NCBI GenBank assembly: GCA_001687465.1
Contig: LVLI01000020.1
Location: 124,001 to 176,829 of the forward strand
DNA: 52,829 nucleotides
Source: Halocafeteria seosinensis
Taxonomy: Eukaryota
Reading direction: 5' to 3'
Every line of letters starts with the position of its first letter. Position 1 is the stretch's first letter. Below are positions 13,152 to 24,117 of this stretch, in pieces. The notes beneath the pieces were generated by a model. The model made no database searches. It was not told the DNA's origin and worked only from the letters and a program-made list of their open reading frames with translations. Position numbers and translations under genes: made by a program.

Positions 13152-16100
13152 TTACTCGACATAGGAACATCGATGCGCGAGGAAATTGAAGCTGTAGGTA
13201 GCGTTAGAGGTCGAAGCTGTATTGTGTTCGACGGAAGTTGCCTGATCGATTGGTGTGAGGGGAATGGAGCCACCATCCTCAGACCCGGTGCGCTGGAATG
13301 CAGAACGCACAGTTGGTCTGGTTTTCATGTAACTACGGTTTGCTTTATGGTGGTATGCGCTGCCCACAGTCTCGTCCTCTACGCTAAGAAAACGGAGGCA
13401 GGCATAACCCTTAACCGGCGAGTTACGTCGACGCATTGCTGTAATAGTGGACAAGTTCTAACACTAGTTTCCGACGCTGGTATTGAATTTGCCGGTGAGA
13501 AAAGTAAAACGGCTGATTGAGATAAATAGCTCTGATGAGCCCCACAACAAACATGGGAGTATCCGAAGTGCGCACAGTCTTGGGACTCGTTGGTTGGGAT
13601 ATGGTGTTGATGCAATGGCGAAACCCTCTTCTGGCGAAATACCCATGATCAACCACCTGCTGTGAGTTGGCCCATGGCAAGAACGAGCGAACATTAAACG
13701 ATGTACCTGTGAGCCTGAAAGTATGGAGATTCCAAGCTTTTCCGTCTGAGTCATCCAATCGCTGGTACTCTGTGAGCAGGATCTCTGTGGAACCGTCACT
13801 TCCAATGTCGGCAAGGGATTCTTCAGTGGATCTGCAGAAGCACCTGCAGGCGTCACCTGTTAACCAAAATAGAATGGAGACCATTAGGTTTTCCGAAAAA
13901 TTGTTGTCTAACGCCAGGTTTGTCAGGTCCACTCTGTCTAATGGCGCCGGAGGAGAAGAGCTATCTGCGCTATTTTAGCGTTGAGAGTGTGTGACACGTT
14001 ATGAGCAACGTAATGTGGGTCAAAAAGGGAACGTACCTGTTTGACCTACAATGAGCAGCAGCTTCTTCCATTCAGAGAGGCTTATACGGGGTTCACAGTG
14101 CAGGAGTCCGTGTGAAGCCCCCCTCGTCATCGGAAAGTTCAAGTAACTCGAATAGCGTGTCTCGTTCGCGCCCGGCGTACTTCCTATAGGTTTCTTGGAC
14201 CTGGCTCACTCGTCGCTGCAGAGCACTGCCCATTTGGCCGGTAGAATGTCGCCTTCCCGGTGGCTGCAGGTGCTGGAAATGGTTTTCAGCGGGACCATGA
14301 GGAACATCACCGGAGCAGTAGGCGCCTCCGTGTTCCGTATCAGTTGGGAGACGAACGCCGGTATTGATAATCGTTTTGACTAGCAGCACATGCTTACAAA
14401 CGTTGCCTGTCGTCAGCAGAGCAGCAAGTCACGCACGCATAGGGTCGCTGTTGTATGTTGGTCTCAGCATATATGACCCGTTCGTCGTCTACTTACCTTT
14501 ACTGTTGTCAGCACAGCTGCACCGGTACTGGTTGTATCTGTCCGGCGCCACAGTGTAAAACCAAGTTGGATGGGAAAACCGATGATCTTCCCACCATTTG
14601 TTTTCTTTTAGAACCTGTGGCCACATAGGAGTCGTCGCCATCTTATAGCGGGCGCTGGTGCCAGCATTAACTCACTTTGTAGGAACAACGGTCAGACTGG
14701 AGTTGTTGCACGGCAGGCATGTAAAACTTATTTTCAAGGTAAGCCGGGTTATCCAGTGCCCAGTCAAGCAGTACTCGCGCTTTATCTTCCCGCCTTACAA
14801 CCCTACTTTCTCGCCGCCGCAAAGCCCCTGTGACACACCATGATGGTTTCTTCTACTTGCCGTTAGAACCTTTGGTGAAGCGTAACTAACCTTCGGTGAG
14901 CCGATTCATTACTCTCGTTCCGGGAGTCATCCACGAGCTAAGCGGGTAAAGAGAGTGGCCATTGAGGAAAAACACTAAGTCGGCCAGGTTTTTGATGTTT
15001 GTAGACGTTTTCGATGTCCTGTTCATCCTGTACAGAAAAATACAAGCCCCGTGACGGTTCGGACTCTGCTTCTAAGTGACGGTATACCTCCAGTTCACGT
15101 ACCTCTCGATGTGGGTAGTTGTCTTCAGGTTAGGGCTCACATCGGAGCTGCAGATGACCCATAGTTCTGCACATATAGCCAGTCGCTATTCAGCTAGCTG
15201 TGAAGAGAAGAAGAATGTTAGTGTCATATGCACGCACCGAGAAGGCCGTCGTCGAGGTAGTTTCTAAGCAAGTAGTTGATGATCTCCTGGGAGTTAGGGA
15301 AAGCCTGTAGCCCTTCTACTATCTCATCCCTGCGGCGCTTTGCTTCGCGCACCGATCTTGACCAGGCCATTCCCAAGAGCGCTTGAATGAGTTTGCTGCA
15401 GCGTGTCAATGCACCGTGAAGCAAGTGGTGAGATTGAAAATAAAGAGGATGGAAAACTAACCTGTATCCATTTGTCGAATTGGTGAAATCTAGCTCGGTT
15501 GGACTGTGAACCCTTCCGTCCACTTGCTGCGGGGCTTCATGGATTGCGAGAGGCTGGTGCCCTCCTTGAGAGGGTTGAGTTTGTTGCTGAACTTCTTCGT
15601 CGGAAGAGGAAGAGGATCCGTCGGAGTCATCGCTGGTTTTCGAATCGTCGCCGGCTGTGACGGCCCTGCCCTGTTCGATATCCTCAGGCTCCCCTTCTTC
15701 AACGAATTCCACTGTGTTACCTTGGTGTTGAGCGCCACCCTCGGCAGGCCTAGTGGTTGTGCTGCGAGCCCTTTGTAGCGCAGTTGCTTGCTGAATGCCA
15801 CGACGGACCATAGGATATAACACGTTGTTCCAACTGTTCATGGGTGCAAACACGCACGCAACAGAGTGAGTAGACAACACGGGAGCTCATGGAGCTTAAC
15901 GTACCGTTTCTTAAGGTGCCAGAGGCAAAGTTGTACATCAATTTCGAGGAGTTCTTGGATCTCGTGGATATCCCGATGGTAATTTCGCTTTATTTGCTCC
16001 ATTGTTTCTTTAACGGAGATCCAGGGAGTGTTTCCCTCATCATACAGCGTATGGTCAGTCAGGAGCTGTGTTACACACTTGTAGTAGGCTTTGAGCCTCG

Positions 16101-16856
16101 CTCTAATGTCGATAGTGTCGGCCAACGTACTTCCTGGAGGCGTCTTTGCAATTGTTCGTCATGAATACAACCTTCTTGGAGTTTTTGGCGAAGCTTCCTC
16201 ATCTTCCGTTGCATGGTCACGCGGAGGAAACTGTGTATTTGGGAGTTGTCGAAATCTGAGAGGAGTTTCTGTGACGAAGAAACAAATCTGCCCAGTGGAT
16301 ACTCCCGGTATAATATTCGTCGTACCTTGACGGTGCCATCCATGTTGAATCGGTCAAAATAGGCGTAGAATTTGCTCCAGGCAAATTCTAATGCCTTCTT
16401 CTTTTGACCAGTTCCTGCCAGGAGTACGTGCGTTAGCACGACTCCTGCCCGTTCGAAAATCCAAATTCTGTTAGAGAATTGTTGAACGGTTCCTTATGGA
16501 CCAGCACAACTCACCCGAATTATAAGTGGAGGGGACGGCCAAGATTGGAAAATAACTGTATGCTCAGTGTTTCTATGTGTCCGATGATTTTTTTGAAATC
16601 ATCATGGGCGTCTGATTTGAAGACGGTTAGAGTATCGTAGCCGAACGTGTCTTCAGTTCTGCACAAGCGTTGCAATATATTCATTTCTCACTTTCAGGGA
16701 AGATATAATGGTATTTAGTCGGCGCCTGTTCGAGGACTTGGATATAGTCGAGGAGACGATTTCACGTAGCTCCTCCCAAATATCCGGCGATCCAGGGGAG
16801 CTCTCAGCTAGTTGTTTCAGGGACTCCCGTGCCCTGGTATACGTTTGGCGGTCCAT
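13152..16856 (-). CDS. large multi-exon hypothetical protein (may be one gene or two)
   Basis: Chain of minus-strand ORF pieces bounded by GT-AG pairs (e.g. ~14890-14853, ~14674-14615, ~15087-15028), starting MDRQTYTRAR at 16856. No family recognised. Confidence 0.45.
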
Positions 16857-17134
16857 GTAGGCACTATTTACAGCTGTTGTAGGCTATTTGTCGTACAGAA
16901 CCAGCAAAACAAATTCCATATGGTATGTGACATTGTGCAGGACCAAGGTGCGGCAATATGCGTCTTCACAGTTCGTGAGCCCATACTGTGATGAGAACCC
17001 ATCTATCTGAGTCGGTTCCTCCGTTTACTGTCAGGTAACTTCTGCAGATCCAGAAGATGCATCCTCTGTCTCTGTATCTCTGTATTGCAATTCTTTGATC
17101 CATCCCCAGAGTTTTCGCCGAAAGCCCCTTTAAC

Positions 17135-18262
17135 GAGAAGTGTTCGGAAGCTTGTACATTTCCGAAGGTATTGAGGGACAATTGAATATATTCATTTGGC
17201 TCTTATAGTATAGAGTAGGTGTATGTTGCCTTGGATTGGTTGTGTACAGTTTATAATGTAGAATCGTTTAGAGTTTCTCAGACTCGCGAGGCCCCCAAAG
17301 TGGGCTTTTGGATCCCTGTCGAGAGAAGTCTTCGGAAGCCTGTACATTTCCGAAGGTATTGAGAGACAATTGAATATATTCATTTGGCTCTTATAGTATA
17401 GAGTAGGTGTATGTTGCCTTGGATTGGTTGTGTTAAGTTTATAATGTGGAATCCTTTAGAGTTCGTCAGATTCGCGAGGCCCCCAAAGTGGGCTTTTGGA
17501 TCCCTGTCGAGAGAAGTCTTCGGAAGCTTGTACATTCCCAAAGGTATTGAGAGGCAATTCAATGCATTCATTTGGCTCTTATAGTATAGAGTAGGTGTAT
17601 GTTGCCTTGGATTGGTTGTGTTAAGTTTATAATGTAGAATCCTGTAGAGTTCGTCAGATTCGCGAGGCCCCCAAAGTGGGCTTTTGGATCCCTGCCGAGA
17701 GAAGTCTTCGGAAGCTTGTACATTCCCAAAGGTATTGAGAGACAATTGAATATATTCATTTGGCTCTTATAGTATACAGTAGGTGTATGTTGCCTTGGAT
17801 TGGTTGTGTTAAGTTTATAATGTAGAATCGTTTAGAGTTCCTCAGACTCGCGAGGCTCCAAAAGCGGACTTTCGGATCCCTGTCGAGAGAAGTGTATCGA
17901 AGCCTGTATATTTGCAAAGCTTCTAAGAGGCAATTCAATGTATCCATTTGACTTGTGTAGTATACAGTAGGTGTATGTTGACTTGGATCGGTTGTATTGA
18001 CTCCATAATGTAGAATCGTTTAGAGTTCCTCAGACTCGCGAGGCTCCAAAAGCGGACTTTCGGATCCCTGTCGAGAGAAGTGTTCCGAAGCCTGTATATT
18101 TACAAAGCTTCTAAGAGGCAATTCAATGTATCCATTTGACTTGTGTAGTATACAGTAGGTGTATGTTGACTTGGATCGGTTGTATTGACTCCATAATGTA
18201 GAATCGTTTAGAGTTCCTCAGACTCGCGAGGCTCCAAAAGCGGACTTTCGGATCCCTGTCGA
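17135..18262. repeat. 188-bp tandem satellite, 6 copies, two sub-types
   Basis: The unit recurs every 188 nt (CATTTG(G/A)CT at 17193, 17381, 17569, 17757, 17945, 18133). Units 1-3 type A, unit 4 hybrid, units 5-6 type B. Confidence 0.97.
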
Positions 18263-18959
18263 CAGTGTTCAGAATACACAGAGGATAGCTTCGAACAAGA
18301 TCCGACATAGCGCTTTGGAACCTCCTACGTAAGCGGGAACATAAGAAGAGACTTGAAAGAAGCCCGGCGCATCGTCGAGGTGCGTACGACAGGAGAAATC
18401 TCAAGGAATAGGATCGGGGGTTTGCCTATGAAGATTTCCCCTACTCAAGGGAAAGTTATCAAATCTTATCTGCTCTGCAGGAGGTGCTACTTGTGTCCCG
18501 AAACGGGACTCATTACCTGACGTACTTTAACTCTACAGAGCCAGTAGTGAGTCCGGAGTACTCAGTCTTCGAACAAAGTCATGTCCTCATTCCATATTGC
18601 AGACAAGNTCCACAACCTTATGTATGATACTGCAGACACTATACTGGCCGTAGTCGACTAGTGCAGTCGACCAGTAAACCCTAGAACGCACGTTGCTGCG
18701 CCACTAACACTATCTCCACCGTGCTTCGCTGCTCGTCCGTCATCAACTGTTATTGCACTCTGTGCTACCACCCAAGGAGGTGCTGCCCCCTCCATAAACT
18801 CAATGCTAACGCTGGGAACTGCAGACAAGGCTGTTCAATACCTCCGTAACTTCATCGCTTTACCCTTTCGTTACGAGGAACGATCCTTTTATTGCCCATC
18901 TCAGCGCAGATCCATAGCGTCTGGGCCACTGCATGTACATTCCTCCCAATATACGTCAC

Positions 18960-19440
18960 CCATATATGTATGTCCTTAGCTATCAACAACGATGCTCGGT
19001 GGGGGTTTAGTTCCAGTTAGACTGGCGCAAAACACCATGCTCTCAAGAGAGATGCTCAGCTCATTCCAAAGTTTTTTCCACACTCTATCTGTATAAAATC
19101 ACCTCATATTGCAATGACGACCTGCTCTCTTCCATCTGCGATGAAACATAGGAATAACCTGTGTACCCCTGCCTCCTCCTGCTCCTGGAGAGCCGAAACC
19201 TAAGTAGTCATACAAGCTTAATGACGGGACCTTCGTAAAGTAACAGGCGATACATTTGTGTTAAAAGAAAGGAAAATTACTATTTCGTATCGACATTGGA
19301 CAATCTCTCTAAGTTGTCCATTTATGATTGCGTAGAGTCGCTTGGTACATTGGCAGTATCCCTTCCCTTGGCCCCCTGTCTCTCCCAGCACATCCGAGGA
19401 ATCTGCGGCCTGGATCTACCTGCTTCCAATCAATTCAATC
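18960..19440 (-). mobile_element. possible highly decayed Ty3/gypsy integrase fragment
   Basis: Broken frames give PQIPRMCWE, ERLS and FYTDRVWKKLWNELSISL in the order expected for an integrase core. Many stops. Confidence 0.25.
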
Positions 19441-19757
19441 TTGCTCTGTTTGGTTGGTGTGGTGGGAAATCGCTAATACACGACAAATAAACGTTAAATC
19501 ATACATATACATTATCCAAAATGATATACAGCTTCTGGTTACCGCTGATGGTAAAACAATACTTACAATCAAAACGATTTCACAAAATCATTAAAATTTC
19601 TACTTTAAGAGATTTTAATAAAATATATAGAATTAAATTATAAAAGTTTCAACATAAGATTTTATATAAGATTTTGTCCACTTTTGAAAAATGGTGAATT
19701 TTTTTACACTTCAAAATTTATATAAATCAAAATCTTAAAATTTAACTTTATAATTTT

Positions 19758-19827
19758 AAAATTACACTTTCGAAAATTTCACTTTGAAAATTACACTTTT
19801 GAAAATTACACTTTAAAATTACACTTT
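19758..19827. repeat. five iteron-like direct repeats AAAATTACACTTT
   Basis: Copies at 19758, 19773 (1 mismatch), 19787, 19802 and 19815. Confidence 0.9.
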
Positions 19828-19837
19828 ATATGGAGAA

Positions 19838-19926
19838 AGGAAAAATGGTGAATAGCGTCAGCGTTTTTGATGTTTGGCTTTGAGCGTAGCGAAAAGTCAT
19901 TACATCAAAAATTCACCATTTTTCCT
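19838..19926. repeat. long imperfect hairpin with GCGTAGC in the loop
   Basis: AGGAAAAATGGTGAAT (19838-19853) pairs with 19911-19926; TTTTTGATGT (19864-19873) pairs with ACATCAAAAA (19902-19911); loop GAGCGTAGCGA. Confidence 0.85.
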
Positions 19927-20590
19927 ATAGTAATATATACTGTTTGGAAGTTTGAACCCAAAGAATATTGTATATATATATATATGGTACCGGTATATAT
20001 ACGTATTGTATATGTGGACTTCGTAGAACTAAATAATGAGCCTCTATTAATGAAAGGCTACCAATAAAGCACTATTTTAAATCGGTATAGTGTCACTTTT
20101 AAGATAAACAAATGAGGGAAACCAGTTATTTATATCATATGAAAATCTGTAAGAAGAGAGCATATATGAAAATGATGAGGAAGACCCACCATTACCCCTT
20201 CTTAATTACAAATTCTTCTTTTGTTTGAAATAATAAAAACGCGTTTTTTGTCAATAAATTTTATATAGGTTTGATATATACATGTAGATTATTCAATAAT
20301 GGAAACTTCAGCAGCCCAGAAGAAAGCAATGAAAAAGTATTACCCCAACAACAGGGATAAAAAAATTAATCAATACTCCAAAGTATATTATCACACCCCT
20401 TAAAGACTGTGCAGTAGCTGTCGTTGACCACTCTCTTAGGTCAACAACTTCCAAACAAACTGTATCGTCGGTACTAAGTGCCACTTGTGCAGTCTGGAAT
20501 CCGGATCATTTCCCCAGACGAATCAACTCCGATGACATTCACTCCAGGCCATGGGAGAGAATTTTAAGAGAACGGAAAGACAACCTAAAA

Positions 20591-21300
20591 TTAAGGAGAA
20601 GAGCACTTGTACAGTTGTACAATGTAGAAGTAGAAGTAAAACAGTGACAAACAGTACGAATGTGCTCTAACAAAACATGTACATTCCATTTTTGGGAGTT
20701 CCCAAGTAATTGCAGCCGAAAATTCCTGACGATCCGTCACCCTGAGATTAGACGGCTTATAATACAGCTCTTTCAAAAACGTAAGCGCTTTGGAGCCCAT
20801 CCGTCCGTAGGTTTGGTAGACGAATGGAATGAAATGGTTTGTCAGCTTGATATATGTATGGCAGTCACCGTCCGTCGTTTGTCTTACATGAATGTGGATC
20901 ATGGCAATATGTCTGTTTACATGTGTATATATGTGTATGGTACACAGTTGTATGCAATCCTATGTAGGAGTCGCGGAGATGTCTTCCCGAGTGCCTTGAG
21001 ACTACATGTATACCAAGGTAGAATTAGAATCCCAAGTTGTTGATTCACAACAGCCCACCTGGAGTAACAGAAACGTCTTCCGGCCAGACGATAAGCCCTT
21101 GAACGACCGACAGTACCGTGATCCAATGGGGAGACCAGGGAATTTGGTGACAGACAAAACTATTCCAAGACGTATCGTCGCTTTAAGTACTCCCACCACA
21201 CACGAAAGCTCTAAACGCCCACCAGTCGATAGAAACTACGTAGAACCTTCCACTTGTGTGATACGTACGGCACGGAGGTATTACGATCATCCACCGTCTG
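20591..21300 (-). mobile_element. decayed 3' part of a CRE-like non-LTR retrotransposon (RLE endonuclease)
   Basis: FIPFVYQTYGRMGSKALTFLKEL is the typical RLE C-terminal motif; upstream TIRLGIVL segment and a degenerate Zn-knuckle region; frameshifted. Confidence 0.7.
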
Positions 21301-22079
21301 GGAGAAGGAATATGAAAAGACGTGTGCATATTGTATGCATGGTCCGGAGAAATGTCGAAACTAACTCTCGTCTACACGGGCTGGGAGTCCAAACTTTACC
21401 CCACACTTTTGTGTGGGGTCAAAGTGCGGAACATCCAAATCACAACCCTGGCTGGGACTTGGATTCCAGCTCAGAGCTACTAGTTTCAGCGTAGAGATGT
21501 GTATGTGTGTATAAGAGATTCGGTTGTAGAAAAGCTAAAGAACCGCTTGATGCACATTGCGCCTGATAACAGGAGTGGGGCGACGTTTGGCTTCGGCAAC
21601 GCTATTGGAGATAGCCCGCCGGCTTCCGGAACCTGGGGTAATCAATACCAGTAAGTTGATCACATGGAATCGAATTGGTTGTCGGTCTTAGTACCAAGCA
21701 GCAATTATTCGCCGATATCCCCAAACGAAGGCACCAATGTACAACGTCTTGTCACAGTGGGGCATCGATGAGACGGCAAAAATGAACACCACACGCAGCA
21801 CCGGAGTCTGTGGGTCTATTACATGTACTCACTCGTAACGACTCCGTTGGGGTATATTTTACCGTGGTCACTCCACGTGTGTTGTACAGTACAAGTGCAG
21901 CCATCCACGACTTCACACCTCGTCGCACTACCGAACTGACCCGAACTTCCAGACGAGGGGTACAAGGAAGTTACCCAGGAAGTTGTCACTTCGAGTTCAG
22001 TGCATCAGTGATGCAGCATCACCCTGCGCACTAGGATTGTTACTCTTGCTTTGCCATCTCCTCTTTCTCTTGTATTCGC

Positions 22080-24109
22080 ATGGAGAGCCAACAAGCCACA
22101 GCACCACCACTTCCTCCTCGCGGTCGTGGACGAGGTCGTGGTCGTGGTCGAGGCCGTGGTCGCGGTCGTGGACAAACCCATACAGCCCCTTCTGAAGGCT
22201 CTCCCAACGAGAATGGGCGAGGTCGAGGCCGAGGAAGAGGAAGAGGAAGAGGGCGCGGACAGCCTCATCAGCGGCAACAAATCCTCCCATTAGACAACGG
22301 TTCTAGCTCGGAAAAGGGGGCCAAGGCCCCCGAAGGAGCTTCAGAGAGCAAAAACAGGGATGCAGAGGTGAAACAAAAGCAAGGGAAGAAGAAATGGAAA
22401 CCTGTGGTGCTGAATGAAGACACCCCTACCCATCCTTCGCGGCCGCCTCCACCGGCGCCTTCATCGACGCATACAGAGGCACATGGCGCGCAGAGGGAAA
22501 ATTCAGCGGGACGTGGAAAAGGACGAGGCAGAGGAAGAGGTGCTCCTCCGGCAAATGGGGCCCATCATCCGGTGGGGAAAAAGTACAATGAAGTCGTAGG
22601 AAATACCGGTGCTGGAAGCAACCCCAAGCATTCTGCAGCAACGACAAATGGTGGAGCTGGAGCATGGGCGCACAGGAAAACGTCGTCTTCCAAAGCAGCA
22701 GAGGAGTTTTCGTCCAATGTCGAAAAAGTACTGGACTACATTCACCACAAAGCCAAAGGTATATTCTGGCCCATGACACAAGATGAAAACTCAGTGTGGG
22801 CTCATCTTACCACGATCCTTTATGGAGAAGAAATAGTTAAAGACTGCAGCATGGAGACGATGAATCATCTCGTGCAGCATATACGAAGGAAAGAGCTTTG
22901 CAGATGGAATGACGAAACGAGAGCATTCGAGGTACCAGGCCGTGAATCGGAAGAAGGAGCTGGGGAGGCTATCAATGATTTCTATGGCTTGGACTTTACC
23001 GGTAGCTCCTATAGCGTCCCACGAATAGCCGGTGCTGGAGACACCGAAGCTGCTTCGGCAGCAGTAGCGACTGGAGATTCTGGCCTCACGACGATGCAAG
23101 AACCAACGTACTCTCCTGCTCCCTACTATTCAAGTGAAAATTACAGAGAAGACAATGGGATTGGGAAAGTGGATTGTTCCCTAATCGACTTCTCAAGACA
23201 CCGTGAGATGCACTACGACGATGCTATCATGAACCACCTTGACCTATCAATGATACTCAGGCCCAGTGAATCCTCGGAAAAGCCACGCCACTGGCAAGAA
23301 GTCCAAAATAGATTGTTCGCTCCGTCTTTCTCAAAGACTGGCATGGAACCAGGAAGAGTGCCTACGTATACTGGAACAGCTTCGATTTTTAAGAATTCCA
23401 ATCAGCCAACGTTTGGTTACTTGTACACGGCCGATACCGATTCCATTAACGCGTGGATTGCTTGGCACTTCCAGAATGCTATAGAACATGGGGCTCCCAT
23501 GCTAGCAGGCCTGGACCTCGAACATCGTCCCTTGTTCCGCAAGAGTGACCGTCGCCCTCCTGTGGCAACCATACAGGTCGCTGTGGGATGTAACGTACTA
23601 GTCGCTCACGTGTATTATATGCATGTACTACCTCGGTTACTCAGAAACATTCTCGAAGCCGAACACGTTTTCAAGTGTGGAATAGGGGTACTAGGAGATG
23701 CTAAGGAAATAATGATTGACTATGGTATCACTCTACGAGGATTCTCGATCTTGGAGAGCCCGCTAAGAGACATCAACTTATGAAAAATAAAAAGTTTTCT
23801 TCCCTGAAAAGACTAGCCGACCTATTTCTGCCCGAAATCAATTTGGAGTGGAAGACGAAGCGAACAACACTAACCAATTGGGAGCATGTCCTAAATCAGA
23901 AACAAATATGCTATGCGGCCGGAGACGCGTACCTGGGCTTGAGATTAGCGCATCTCATATTCGACGGCTACTCCTGGGAAGACATTCAGCGATACACTGT
24001 CAACAATCAATCATCATTCTTAACCCGTCCTGAGCAAACACATCTGAAGAAGTTGATACGAAAGCACCGGAGTCTTAACTGGCCCTTCATAGTTCAACCC
24101 AAACTCTAA
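22080..24109 (+). CDS. RG-repeat protein with WRN/EXD2-like DEDDy 3'-5' exonuclease domain; one -1 frameshift at ~23742
   Basis: ExoI AGLDLEH, VATIQVA, ExoII CGIGVLGDA; in the -1 frame LDLG, SSLKRLA, LTNWE and ExoIII YAAGDAY. N-terminal (RG)n tracts. Confidence 0.85.
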
Positions 24110-24117
24110 GAGCGGGC

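Larger units (their letters stand above)
19475..20400. other. sharply bounded AT-rich island, candidate endogenous virus-like (PLV/virophage/NCLDV) fragment
   Basis: Only 9 G+C in 60 nt at 19621-19680, against roughly balanced flanks. Internal direct repeats and hairpin. Broken ORF at 20299 METSAAQKKAMKKYY/NNRDKKINQYSKVYYH. Confidence 0.6.

Noticed and set aside
17192..17947. 63-aa ORF per satellite unit with ATGA stop-start overlaps
   Set aside because: Differences between units are mostly amino-acid changing and a type B unit has an early stop; likely a by-product of the 188-nt period
17135..18262. CRISPR array, or 5S/snRNA/SL-RNA gene array
   Set aside because: Whole units are repeated with no unique spacers, no cas genes are present, the context is eukaryotic, and I recognise no 5S or snRNA sequence in the unit
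18609..18609. Single N base
   Set aside because: Assembly ambiguity or possible join, not a biological feature; it does lower confidence in contiguity of the 17-21 kb region
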